Shown: in pieces, positions 13,480-27,000 of the stretch | How the letters are laid out: each line of letters begins with the position of its first letter | Numbering within the stretch: position 1 is the stretch's first letter | From: Eledone cirrhosa | Lineage: Eukaryota | Reading direction: 5' to 3' | NCBI GenBank assembly: GCA_964016885.1 | Contig: OZ024758.1 | Coordinates: 36,828,001 to 36,892,000 of the forward strand | DNA length: 64,000 bases | Notes under the pieces: model-generated | Database searches by the model: none | What the model was told of the DNA's origin: nothing | What the model saw: only the letters and a program-made list of their open reading frames with translations | Translations under genes and position numbers: made by a program

Positions 13480-16400
13480 TATTAGCTGTCAGAAGTAACT
13501 CCAATGTTGGTGAGAATTCATTTAAGTTCATGGTACTAGCTGTCAGAAGTAACTCCACTGTTGGTGAGAATTCATTTAAGTTCATGGTATTAGCTGTCAG
13601 AAGTAACTCCACTGTTGGTGAGAATTCATTTAAGTCATGGTATTAGTTGTCAGAAGTAACTCCAATGTTGGTGAGAATTCATTTAAGTTCATGGTACTAG
13701 CTGTCAGAAGTAACTCCACTGTTGGTGAGAATTCATTTAAGTTCATGGTATTAGCTGTCAGAAGTAACTCCACTGTTGGTGAGAATTCATTTAAGTTCAT
13801 GGTATTAGCTGTCAGAAGTAACTCCACTGTTGGTGAGAATTCATTTAAGTTCATGGTATTAGCTGTCAGAAGTAACTCCACTGTTGGTGAGAATTCATTT
13901 AAGTTCATGGTATTAGCTGTCAGAAGGAACTCCAATGTTGGTGAGAATTCATTTAAGTCATGGTACTAGCTGTCAGAAGTAACTCCACTGTTGGTGAGAA
14001 TTCATTTAAGTTAATGGTATTAGCTGTCAGAAGTAACTCCACTGTTGGTGAGAATTCATTTAAGTTCATGGTATTAGCTGTCAGAAGGAACTCCACTGTT
14101 GGTGAGAATTCATTTAAGTTCATGGTATTAGCTGTCAGAAGTAACTCCACTGTTGGTGAGAATTCATTTAAGTTCATGGTACTAGTTGTCAGAAGTAACT
14201 CCACTGTTGGGGAGAATTCATTTAAGTTCATGTTACTAGCTGTCAGAAGTAACTCCACTGTTGGTGAGAATTCATTTAAGTTCATGGTATTAGTTTGTCA
14301 GAAATAACTCCACTGTTGGTGAGAATTCATTTAAGTTCATGGTATTAGCTGTCAGAAGTAACTCCACTGTTGGTGAGAATTCATTTAAGTTCATGGTACT
14401 AGCTGTCAGAAGTAACTCCAACGTTGGTGAGAATTCATTTAAGTTCATGGTATTAGCTGTCAGAAGTAACTCCACTGTTGGTGAGAATTCATTTAAGTCA
14501 TGGTATTAGCTGTCAGAAGTAACTCCAATGTTGGTGAGAATTCATTTAAGTTCATGGTATTAGCTGTCAGAAGTAACTCCACTGTTGGTGAGAATTCATT
14601 TAAGTTCACGGTACTAGCTGTCAGAAGTAACTCCACTGTTGGTGAGAATTCATTTAAGTTCATGGTATTAGTTTGTCAGAAGTAACTCCACTGTTGGTGA
14701 GAATTCATTTAAGTCATGGTATTAGTTGTCAGAAGTTTACTCCAATGTTGGTGAGAATTCATTTAAGTTCATGGTACTAGCTGTCAGAAGTAACTCCACT
14801 GTTGGTGAGAATTCATTTAAGTTCATGGTATTAGCTGTCAGAAGTAACTCCACTGTTGGTGAGAATTCATTTAAGTCATGGTATTAGCTGTCAGAAGTAA
14901 CTCCAATGTTGGTGAGAATTCATTTAAGTCATGGTACTAGCTGTCAGAAGTAACTCCAATGTTGGTGAGAATTCAGTTAAGTTCATGGTATTAGCTGTCA
15001 GAAGGAACTCCACTGTTGGTGAGAATTCATTTAAGTCATGGTATTAGTTGTCAGAAGTAACTCCAATGTTGGTGAGAATTCATTTAAGTTCATGGTACTA
15101 GCTGTCAGAAGTAACTCCACTGTTGGTGAGAATTCATTTAAGTTCATGGTATTAGCTGTCAGAAGTAACTCCACTGTTGGTGAGAATTCATTTAAGTCAT
15201 GGTATTAGTTGTCAGAAGTAACTCCAATGTTGGTGAGAATTCATTTAAGTTCATGGTACTAGCTGTCAGAAGTAACTCCACTGTTGGTGAGAATTCATTT
15301 AAGTTCATGGTATTAGCTGTCAGAAGTAACTCCACTGTTGGTGAGAATTCATTTAAGTTCATGGTATTAGCTGTCAGAAGTAACTCCACTGTTGGTGAGA
15401 ATTCATTTAAGTTCATGGTATTAGCTGTCAGAAGTAACTCCACTGTTGGTGAGAATTCATTTAAGTTCATGGTATTAGCTGTCAGAAGGAACTCCAATGT
15501 TGGTGAGAATTCATTTAAGTCATGGTACTAGCTGTCAGAAGTAACTCCACTGTTGGTGAGAATTCATTTAAGTTCATGGTATTAGCTGTCAGAAGTAACT
15601 CCACTGTTGGTGAGAATTCATTTAAGTTCATGGTATTAGCTGTCAGAAGGAACTCCACTGTTGGTGAGAATTCATTTAAGTTCATGGTATTAGCTGTCAG
15701 AAGTAACTCCACTGTTGGTGAGAATTCATTTAAGTTCATGGTACTAGTTGTCAGAAGTAACTCCACTGTTGGTGAGAATTCATTTAAGTTCGTGTTACTA
15801 GCTGTCAGAAGTAACTCCACTGTTGGTGAGAATTCATTTAAGTTCATGGTATTAGTTTGTCAGAAATAACTCCACTGTTGGTGAGAATTCATTTAAGTTC
15901 ATGGTATTAGCTGTCAGAAGTAACTCCACTGTTGGTGAGAATTCATTTAAGTTCATGGTACTAGCTGTCAGAAGTAACTCCAATGTTGGTGAGAATTCAT
16001 TTAAGTTCATGGTATTAGCTGTCAGAAGTAACTCCACTGTTGGTGAGAATTCATTTAAGTCATGGTATTAGCTGTCAGAAGTAACTCCAATGTTGGTGAG
16101 AATTCATTTAAGTTCATGGTATTAGCTGTCAGAAGTAACTCCACTGTTGGTGAGAATTCATTTAAGTTCACGGTACTAGCTGTCAGAAGTAACTCCACTG
16201 TTGGTGAGAATTCATTTAAGTTCATGGTATTAGTTTGTCAGAAGTAACTCCACTGTTGGTGAGAATTCATTTAAGTCATGGTATTAGTTGTCAGAAGTTT
16301 ACTCCAATGTTGGTGAGAATTCATTTAAGTTCATGGTACTAGCTGTCAGAAGTAACTCCACTGTTGGTGAGAATTCATTTAAGTTCATGGTATTAGCTGT

Positions 16401-16600
16401 CAGAAGTAACTCCACTGTTGGTGAGAATTCATTTAAGTCATGGTATTAGCTGTCAGAAGTAACTCCAATGTTGGTGAGAATTCATTTAAGTCATGGTACT
16501 AGCTGTCAGAAGTAACTCCAATGTTGGTGAGAATTCAGTTAAGTTCATGGTATTAGCTGTCAGAAGGAACTCCACTGTTGGTGAGAATTCATTTAAGTTC
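13480..16600. repeat. Higher-order tandem duplication, 1562-bp period (~29 monomers)
   Basis: ORFs 13637/15199, 13960/15522, 14290/15852 and 14500/16062 are offset by 1562. Both copies carry the CAGAAATAAC and TTCACGG variants. Confidence 0.85.
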
Positions 16601-19600
16601 ATGGTATTAGCTGTCAGAAGTAACTCCACTGTTGGTGAGAATTCATTTAAGTTCATGGTACTAGCTGTCAGAAGTAACTCCACTGTTGGTGAGAATTCAT
16701 TTAAGTTCATGGTACTAGCTGTCAGAAGTAACTCCACTGTTGGTGAGAATTCAGTTAAGTTCATGGTATTAGTTGTCAGAAGTAACTCCACTGTTGGTGA
16801 GAATTCATTTAAATCATGGTATTAGTTGTCAGAAGTAACTCCAATGTTGGTGAGAATTCATTTAATTTCATGGTACTAGCTGTCAGAAGTAACTCCACTG
16901 TTGGTGAGAAATCATTTAAGTCATGGTATTAGTTGTCAGAAGTAACTCCAATGTTGGTGAGAATTCATTTAAGTTCATGGTACTAGCTGTCAGAAGTAAC
17001 TCCACTGTTGGTGAGAATTCATTTAAGTTCATGGTACTAGCTGTCAGAAGTAACTCCACTGTTGGTGAGAATTCAGTTAAGTTCATGGTATTAGTTGTCA
17101 GAAGTAACTCCACTGTTGGTGAGAATTCATTTAAATCATGGTATTAGTTGTCAGAAGTAACTCCAATGTTGGTGAGAATTCATTTAATTTCATGGTACTA
17201 GCTGTCAGAAGTAACTCCACTGTTGGTGAGAATTCATTTAAGTCATGGTATTAGTTGTCAGAAGTAACTCCAATGTTGGTGAGAATTCATTTAAGTTCAT
17301 GGTACTAGCTGTCAGAAGTAACTCCACTGTTGGTGAGAATTCATTTAAGTTCATGGTATTAGCTGTCAGAAGTAACTCCACTGTTGGTGAGAATTCATTT
17401 AAGTCATGGTATTAGTTGTCAGAAGTAACTCCAATGTTGGTGAGAATTCATTTAAGTTCATGGTACTAGCTGTCAGAAGTAACTCCACTGTTGGTGAGAA
17501 TTCATTTAAGATCATGGTATTAGCTGTCAGAAGTAACTCCACTGTTGGTGAGAATTCATTTAAGTTCATGGTATTAGCTGTCAGAAGTAACTCCACTGTT
17601 GGTGAGAATTCATTTAAGTTCATGGTATTAGCTGTCAGAAGTAACTCCACTGTTGGTGAGAATTCATTTAAGTTCATGGTATTAGCTGTCAGAAGGAACT
17701 CCAATGTTGGTGAGAATTCATTTAAGTCATGGTACTAGCTGTCAGAAGTAACTCCACTGTTGGTGAGAATTCATTTAAGTTCATGGTATTAGCTGTCAGA
17801 AGTAACTCCACTGTTGGTGAGAATTCATTTAAGTTCATGGTACTAGCTGTCAGAAGTAACTCCAATGTAGGTGAGAATTCATTTAAGTTCATGGTATTAG
17901 CTGTCAGAAGGAACTCCACTGTTGGTGAGAATTCATTTAAGTTCATGGTATTAGCTGTCAGAAGTAACTCCACTGTTGGTGTGAATTCATTTAAGTTCAT
18001 GGTACTAGTTGTCAGAAGTAACTCCACTGTTGGTGAGAATTCATTTAAGTTCATGTTACTAGCTGTCAGAATTAACTCCACTGTTGGTGAGAATTCATTT
18101 AAGTTCATGGTATTAGTTTGTCAGAAGTAACTCCACTGTTGGTGAGAATTCATTTAAGTTCATGGTATTAGCTGTCAGAAGTAACTCCACTGTTGGTGAG
18201 ACTTCATTTAAGTTCATGGTACTAGCTGTCAGAAGTAACTCCAATGTTGGTGAGAATTCATTTAAGTTCATGGTATTAGCTGTCAGAAGTAACTCCACTG
18301 TTGGTGAGAATTCATTTAAGTCATGGTATTAGCTGTCAGAAGTAACTCCAATGTTGGTGAGAATTCATTTAAGTTCATGGTATTAGCTGTCAGAAGTAAC
18401 TCCACTGTTGGTGAGAATTCATTTAAGTTCATGGTATTAGTTTGTCAGAAGTAACTCCACTGTTGGTGAGAATTCATTTAAGTCATGGTATTAGTTGTCA
18501 GAAGTTTACTCCAATGTTGGTGAGAATTCATTTAAGTTCATGGTACTATCTGTCAGAAGTAACTCCACTGTTGGTGAGAATTCATTTAAGTTCATGGTAT
18601 TAGCTGTCAGAAGTAACTCCACTGTTGGTGAGAATTCATTTAAGTCATGGTATTAGCTGTCAGAAGTAACTCCAATGTTGGTGAGAATTCATTTAAGTCA
18701 TGGTACTAACTGTCAGAAGTAACTCCAATGTTGGTGAGAATTCAGTTAAGTTCATGGTATTAGCTGTCAGAAGTAACTCCACTGTTGGTGAGAATTCATT
18801 TAAGTCATGGTATTAGCTGTCAGAAGTAACTCCAATGTTGGTGAGAATTCATTTAAGTTCATGGTATTAGCTGTCAGAAGTAACTCCACTGTTGGTGAGA
18901 ATTCATTTAAGTTCACGGTACTAGCTGTCAGAAGTAACTCCACTGTTGGTGAGAATTCATTTAAGTTCATGGTATTAGTTTGTCAGAAGTAACTCCACTG
19001 TTGGTGAGAATTCATTTAAGTCATGGTATTAGTTGTCAGAAGTTTACTCCAATGTTGGTGAGAATTCATTTAAGTTCATGGTACTAGCTGTCAGAAGTAA
19101 CTCCACTGTTGGTGAGAATTCATTTAAGTTCATGGTATTAGCTGTCAGAAGTAACTCCACTGTTGGTGAGAATTCATTTAAGTCATGGTATTAGCTGTCA
19201 GAAGTAACTCCAATGTTGGTGAGAATTCATTTAAGTCATGGTACTAGCTGTCAGAAGTAACTCCAATGTTGGTGAGAATTCAGTTAAGTTCATGGTATTA
19301 GCTGTCAGAAGGAACTCCACTGTTGGTGAGAATTCATTTAAGTTCATGGTATTAGCTGTCAGAAGTAACTCCACTGTTGGTGAGAATTCATTTAAGTTCA
19401 TGGTACTAGCTGTCAGAAGTAACTCCACTGTTGGTGAGAATTCATTTAAGTTCATGGTACTAGCTGTCAGAAGTAACTCCACTGTTGGTGAGAATTCAGT
19501 TAAGTTCATGGTATTAGTTGTCAGAAGTAACTCCACTGTTGGTGAGAATTCATTTAAATCATGGTATTAGTTGTCAGAAGTAACTCCAATGTTGGTGAGA

Positions 19601-21510
19601 ATTCATTTAATTTCATGGTACTAGCTGTCAGAAGTAACTCCACTGTTGGTGAGAAATCATTTAAGTCATGGTATTAATTGTCAGAAGTAACTCCAATGTT
19701 GGTGAGAATTCATTTAAGTTCATGGTACTAGCTGTCAGAAGTAACTCCACTGTTGGTGAGAATTCATTTAAGTTCATGGTACTAGCTGTCAGAAGTAACT
19801 CCACTGTTGGTGAGAATTCAGTTAAGTTCATGGTATTAGTTGTCAGAAGTAACTCCACTGTTGGTGAGAATTCATTTAAATCATGGTATTAGTTGTCAGA
19901 AGTAACTCCAATGTTGGTGAGAATTCATTTAATTTCATGGTACTAGCTGTCAGAAGTAACTCCACTGTTGGTGAGAATTCATTTAAGTCATGGTATTAGT
20001 TGTCAGAAGTAACTCCAATGTTGGTGAGAATTCATTTAAGTTCATGGTACTAGCTGTCAGAAGTAACTCCACTGTTGGTGAGAATTCATTTAAGTTCATG
20101 GTATTAGCTGTCAGAAGTAACTCCACTGTTGGTGAGAATTCATTTAAGTCATGGTATTAGTTGTCAGAAGTAACTCCAATGTTGGTGAGAATTCATTTAA
20201 GTTCATGGTACTAGCTGTCAGAAGTAACTCCACTGTTGGTGAGAATTCATTTAAGATCATGGTATTAGCTGTCAGAAGTAACTCCACTGTTGGTGAGAAT
20301 TCATTTAAGTTCATGGTATTAGCTGTCAGAAGTAACTCCACTGTTGGTGAGAATTCATTTAAGTTCATGGTATTAGCTGTCAGAAGTAACTCCACTGTTG
20401 GTGAGAATTCATTTAAGTTCATGGTATTAGCTGTCAGAAGGAACTCCAATGTTGGTGAGAATTCATTTAAGTCATGGTACTAGCTGTCAGAAGTAACTCC
20501 ACTGTTGGTGAGAATTCATTTAAGTTCATGGTATTAGCTGTCAGAAGTAACTCCACTGTTGGTGAGAATTCATTTAAGTTCATGGTACTAGCTGTCAGAA
20601 GTAACTCCAATGTAGGTGAGAATTCATTTAAGTTCATGGTATTAGCTGTCAGAAGGAACTCCACTGTTGGTGAGAATTCATTTAAGTTCATGGTATTAGC
20701 TGTCAGAAGTAACTCCACTGTTGGTGTGAATTCATTTAAGTTCATGGTACTAGTTGTCAGAAGTAACTCCACTGTTGGTGAGAATTCATTTAAGTTCATG
20801 TTACTAGCTGTCAGAATTAACTCCACTGTTGGTGAGAATTCATTTAAGTTCATGGTATTAGTTTGTCAGAAGTAACTCCACTGTTGGTGAGAATTCATTT
20901 AAGTTCATGGTATTAGCTGTCAGAAGTAACTCCACTGTTGGTGAGACTTCATTTAAGTTCATGGTACTAGCTGTCAGAAGTAACTCCAATGTTGGTGAGA
21001 ATTCATTTAAGTTCATGGTATTAGCTGTCAGAAGTAACTCCACTGTTGGTGAGAATTCATTTAAGTCATGGTATTAGCTGTCAGAAGTAACTCCAATGTT
21101 GGTGAGAATTCATTTAAGTTCATGGTATTAGCTGTCAGAAGTAACTCCACTGTTGGTGAGAATTCATTTAAGTTCATGGTATTAGTTTGTCAGAAGTAAC
21201 TCCACTGTTGGTGAGAATTCATTTAAGTCATGGTATTAGTTGTCAGAAGTTTACTCCAATGTTGGTGAGAATTCATTTAAGTTCATGGTACTATCTGTCA
21301 GAAGTAACTCCACTGTTGGTGAGAATTCATTTAAGTTCATGGTATTAGCTGTCAGAAGTAACTCCACTGTTGGTGAGAATTCATTTAAGTCATGGTATTA
21401 GCTGTCAGAAGTAACTCCAATGTTGGTGAGAATTCATTTAAGTCATGGTACTAACTGTCAGAAGTAACTCCAATGTTGGTGAGAATTCAGTTAAGTTCAT
21501 GGTATTAGCT
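16010..21510. repeat. Higher-order tandem duplication, 2745-bp period (~51 monomers)
   Basis: ORFs 16062/18807, 16493/19238, 16923/19668, 17406/20151, 17729/20474 and 18113/20858 are offset by 2745. GGTGTGAA occurs at 17978 and 20723. AAGATCAT, ATGTAGG, GAGACTT and CTAACT are shared. Confidence 0.9.
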
Positions 21511-23109
21511 GTCAGAAGGAACTCCACTGTTGGTGAGAATTCATTTAAGTTCATGGTATTAGCTGTCAGAAGTAACTCCACTGTTGGTGAGAATTCATTT
21601 AAGTTCATGGTACTAGCTGTCAGAAGTAACTCCACTGTTGGTGAGAATTCATTTAAGTTCATGGTACTAGCTGTCAGAAGTAACTCCACTGTTGGTGAGA
21701 ATTCAGTTAAGTTCATGGTATTAGTTGTCAGAAGTAACTCCACTGTTGGTGAGAATTCATTTAAATCATGGTATTAGTTGTCAGAAGTAACTCCAATGTT
21801 GGTGAGAATTCATTTAATTTCATGGTATTAGTTGTCAGAAGTAACTCCACTGTTGGTGAGAATTCATTTAAATCATGGTATTAGTTGTCAGAAGTAACTC
21901 CAATGTTGGTGAGAATTCATTTAATTTCATGGTACTAGCTGTCAGAAGTAACTCCACTGTTGGTGAGAATTCATTTAAGTCATGGTATTAGTTGTCAGAA
22001 GTAACTCCAATGTTGGTGAGAATTCATTTAAGTTCATGGTACTAGCTGTCAGAAGTAACTCCACTGTTGGTGAGAATTCATTTAAGTTCATGGTATTAGC
22101 TGTCAGAAGTAACTCCACTGTTGGTGAGAATTCATTTAAGTCATGGTATTAGTTGTCAGAAGTAACTCCAATGTTGGTGAGAATTCATTTAAGTTCATGG
22201 TACTAGCTGTCAGAAGTAACTCCACTGTTGGTGAGAATTCATTTAAGTTCATGGTATTAGCTCTCAGAAGTAACTCCACTGTTGGTGAGAATTCATTTAA
22301 GTTCATGGTACTAGCTGTCAGAAGTAACTCCACTGTTGGTGAGAATTCATTTAAGTTCATGGTACTAGCTGTCAGAAGTAACTCCACTGTTGGTGAGAAT
22401 TCAGTTAAGTTCATGGTATTAGTTGTCAGAAGTAACTCCACTGTTGGTGAGAATTCATTTAAATCATGGTATTAGTTGTCAGAAATAACTCCAATGTTGG
22501 TGAGAATTCATTTAATTTCATGGTACTAGCTGTCAGAAGTAACTCCACTGTTGGTGAGAATTCATTTAAGTCATGGTATTAGTTGTCAGAAGTAACTCCA
22601 ATGTTGGTGAGAATTCATTTAAGTTCATGGTACTAGCTGTCAGAAGTAACTCCACTGTTGGTGAGAATTCATTTAAGTTCATGGTATTAGCTGTCAGAAG
22701 TAACTCCACTGTTGGTGAGAATTCATTTAAGTCATGGTATTAGTTGTCAGAAGTAACTCCAATGTTGGTGAGAATTCATTTAAGTTCATGGTACTAGCTG
22801 TCAGAAGTAACTCCACTGTTGGTGAGAATTCATTTAAGATCATGGTATTAGCTGTCAGAAGTAACTCCACTGTTGGTGAGAATTCATTTAAGTTCATGGT
22901 ATTAGCTGTCACAAGTAACTCCACTGTTGGTGAGAATTCATTTAAGTTCATGGTATTAGCTGTCAGAAGTAACTCCACTGTTGGTGAGAATTCATTTAAG
23001 TTCATGGTATTAGCTGTCAGAAGGAACTCCAATGTTGGTGAGAATTCATTTAAGTCATGGTACTAGCTGTCAGAAGTAACTCCACTGTTGGTGAGAATTC
23101 ATTTAAGTT

Positions 23110-26100
23110 CATGGTATTAGCTGTCAGAAGTAACTCCAATGTTGGTGAGAATTCATTTAAGTCATGGTACTAGCTGTCAGAAGTAACTCCAATGTTGGTG
23201 AGAATTCAGTTAAGTTCATGGTATTAGCTGTCAGAAGGAACTCCACTGTTGGTGAGAATTCATTTAAGTCATGGTATTAGTTGTCAGAAGTAACTCCAAT
23301 GTTGGTGAGAATTCATTTAAGTTCATGGTACTAGCTGTCAGAAGTAACTCCACTGTTGGTGAGAATTCATTTAAGTTCATGGTATTAGCTGTCAGAAGTA
23401 ACTCCACTGTTGGTGAGAATTCATTTAAGTCATGGTATTAGTTGTCAGAAGTAACTCCAATGTTGGTGAGAATTCATTTAAGTTCATGGTACTAGCTGTC
23501 AGAAGTAACTCCACTGTTGGTGAGAATTCATTTAAGTTCATGGTATTAGCTGTCAGAAGTAACTCCACTGTTGGTGAGAATTCATTTAAGTTCATGGTAT
23601 TAGCTGTCAGAAGTAACTCCACTGTTGGTGAGAATTCATTTAAGTTCATGGTATTAGCTGTCAGAAGTAACTCCACTGTTGGTGAGAATTCATTTAAGTT
23701 CATGGTATTAGCTGTCAGAAGGAACTCCAATGTTGGTGAGAATTCATTTAAGTCATGGTACTAGCTGTCAGAAGTAACTCCACTGTTGGTGAGAATTCAT
23801 TTAAGTTCATGGTATTAGCTGTCAGAAGTAACTCCACTGTTGGTGAGAATTCATTTAAGTTCATGGTATTAGCTGTCAGAAGGAACTCCACTGTTGGTGA
23901 GAATTCATTTAAGTTCATGGTATTAGCTGTCAGAAGTAACTCCACTGTTGGTGAGAATTCATTTAAGTTCATGGTACTAGTTGTCAGAAGTAACTCCACT
24001 GTTGGTGAGAATTCATTTAAGTTCATGTTACTAGCTGTCAGAAGTAACTCCACTGTTGGTGAGAATTCATTTAAGTTCATGGTATTAGTTTGTCAGAAAT
24101 AACTCCACTGTTGGTGAGAATTCATTTAAGTTCATGTTATTAGCTGTCAGAAGTAACTCCACTGTTGGTGAGAATTCATTTAAGTTCATGGTACTAGCTG
24201 TCAGAAGTAACTCCAATGTTGGTGAGAATTCATTTAAGTTCATGGTATTAGCTGTCAGAAGTAACTCCACTGTTGGTGAGAATTCATTTAAGTCATGGTA
24301 TTAGCTGTCAGAAGTAACTCCAATGTTGGTGAGAATTCATTTAAGTTCATGGTATTAGCTGTCAGAAGTAACTCCACTGTTGGTGAGAATTCATTTAAGT
24401 TCACGGTACTAGCTGTCAGAAGTAACTCCACTGTTGGTGAGAATTCATTTAAGTTCATGGTATTAGTTTGTCAGAAGTAACTCCACTGTTGGTGAGAATT
24501 CATTTAAGTCATGGTATTAGTTGTCAGAAGTTTACTCCAATGTTGGTGAGAATTCATTTAAGTTCATGGTACTAGCTGTCAGAAGTAACTCCACAGTTGG
24601 TGAGAATTCATTTAAGTTCATGGTATTAGCTGTCAGAAGTAACTCCACTGTTGGTGAGAATTCATTTAAGTCATGGTATTAGCTGTCAGAAGTAACTCCA
24701 ATGTTGGTGAGAATTCATTTAAGTCATGGTACTAGCTGTCAGAAGTAACTCCAATGTTGGTGAGAATTCAGTTAAGTTCATGGTATTAGCTGTCAGAAGG
24801 AACTCCACTGTTGGTGAGAATTCATTTAAGTTCATGGTATTAGCTGTCAGAAGTAACTCCACTGTTGGTGAGAATTCATTTAAGTTCATGGTACTAGCTG
24901 TCAGAAGTAACTCCACTGTTGGTGAGAATTCATTTAAGTTCATGGTACTAGCTGTCAGAAGTAACTCCACTGTTGGTGAGAATTCAGTTAAGTTCATGGT
25001 ATTAGTTGTCAGAAGTAACTCCACTGTTGGTGAGAATTCATTTAAATCATGGTATTAGTTGTCAGAAGTAACTCCAATGTTGGTGAGAATTCATTTAATT
25101 TCATGGTACTAGCTGTCAGAAGTAACTCCACTGTTGGTGAGAAATCATTTAAGTCATGGTATTAGTTGTCAGAAGTAACTCCAATGTTGGTGAGAATTCA
25201 TTTAAGTTCATGGTACTAGCTGTCAGAAGTAACTCCACTGTTGGTGAGAATTCATTTAAGTTCATGGTACTAGCTGTCAGAAGTAACTCCACTGTTGGTG
25301 AGAATTCAGTTAAGTTCATGGTATTAGTTGTCAGAAGTAACTCCACTGTTGGTGAGAATTCATTTAAATCATGGTATTAGTTGTCAGAAGTAACTCCAAT
25401 GTTGGTGAGAATTCATTTAATTTCATGGTACTAGCTGTCAGAAGTAACTCCACTGTTGGTGAGAATTCATTTAAGTCATGGTATTAGTTGTCAGAAGTAA
25501 CTCCAATGTTGGTGAGAATTCATTTAAGTTCATGGTACTAGCTGTCAGAAGTAACTCCACTGTTGGTGAGAATTCATTTAAGTTCATGGTATTAGCTGTC
25601 AGAAGTAACTCCACTGTTGGTGAGAATTCATTTAAGTCATGGTATTAGTTGTCAGAAGTAACTCCAATGTTGGTGAGAATTCATTTAAGTTCATGGTACT
25701 AGCTGTCAGAAGTAACTCCACTGTTGGTGAGAATTCATTTAAGATCATGGTATTAGCTGTCAGAAGTAACTCCACTGTTGGTGAGAATTCATTTAAGTTC
25801 ATGGTATTAGCTGTCAGAAGTAACTCCACTGTTGGTGAGAATTCATTTAAGTTCATGGTATTAGCTGTCAGAAGTAACTCCACTGTTGGTGAGAATTCAT
25901 TTAAGTTCATAGTATTAGCTGTCAGAAGGAACTCCAATGTTGGTGAGAATTCATTTAAGTCATGGTACTAGCTGTCAGAAGTAACTCCACTGTTGGTGAG
26001 AATTCATTTAAGTTCATGGTATTAGCTGTCAGAAGTAACTCCACTGTTGGTGAGAATTCATTTAAGTTCATGGTACTAGCTGTCAGAAGTAACTCCAATG

Positions 26101-27000
26101 TAGGTGAGAATTCATTTAAGTTCATGGTATTAGCTGTCAGAAGGAACTCCACTGTTGGTGAGAATTCATTTAAGTTCATGGTATTAGCTGTCAGAAGTAA
26201 CTCCACTGTTGGTGAGAATTCATTTAAGTTCATGGTACTAGTTGTCAGAAGTAACTCCACTGTTGGTGAGAATTCATTTAAGTTCATGTTACTAGCTGTC
26301 AGAATTAACTCCACTGTTGGTGAGAATTCATTTAAGTTCATGGTATTAGTTTGTCAGAAGTAACTCCACTGTTGGTGAGAATTCATTTAAGTTCATGGTA
26401 TTAGCTGTCAGAAGTAACTCCACTGTTGGTGAGACTTCATTTAAGTTCATGGTACTAGCTGTCAGAAGTAACTCCAATGTTGGTGAGAATTCATTTAAGT
26501 TCATGGTATTAGCTGTCAGAAGTAACTCCACTGTTGGTGAGAATTCATTTAAGTCATGGTATTAGCTGTCAGAAGTAACTCCAATGTTGGTGAGAATTCA
26601 TTTAAGTTCATGGTATTAGCTGTCAGAAGTAACTCCACTGTTGGTGAGAATTCATTTAAGTTCATGGTATTAGTTTGTCAGAAGTAACTCCACTGTTGGT
26701 GAGAATTCATTTAAGTCATGGTATTAGTTGTCAGAATTTTACTCCAATGTTGGTGAGAATTCATTTAAGTTCATGGTACTATCTGTCAGAAGTAACTCCA
26801 CTGTTGGTGAGAATTCATTTAAGTTCATGGTATTAGCTGTCAGAAGTAACTCCACTGTTGGTGAGAATTCATTTAAGTCATGGTATTAGCTGTCAGAAGT
26901 AACTCCAATGTTGGTGAGAATTCATTTAAGTCATGGTACTAACTGTCAGAAGTAACTCCAATGTTGGTGAGAATTCAGTTAAGTTCATGGTATTAGCTGT
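23110..27000. repeat. Copy of block ~14880-18770 (offset 8233)
   Basis: ORFs 15199/23432, 15522/23755, 16062/24295, 16493/24726, 16923/25156, 17406/25639, 17729/25962 and 18113/26346 are all offset by 8233. Confidence 0.85.
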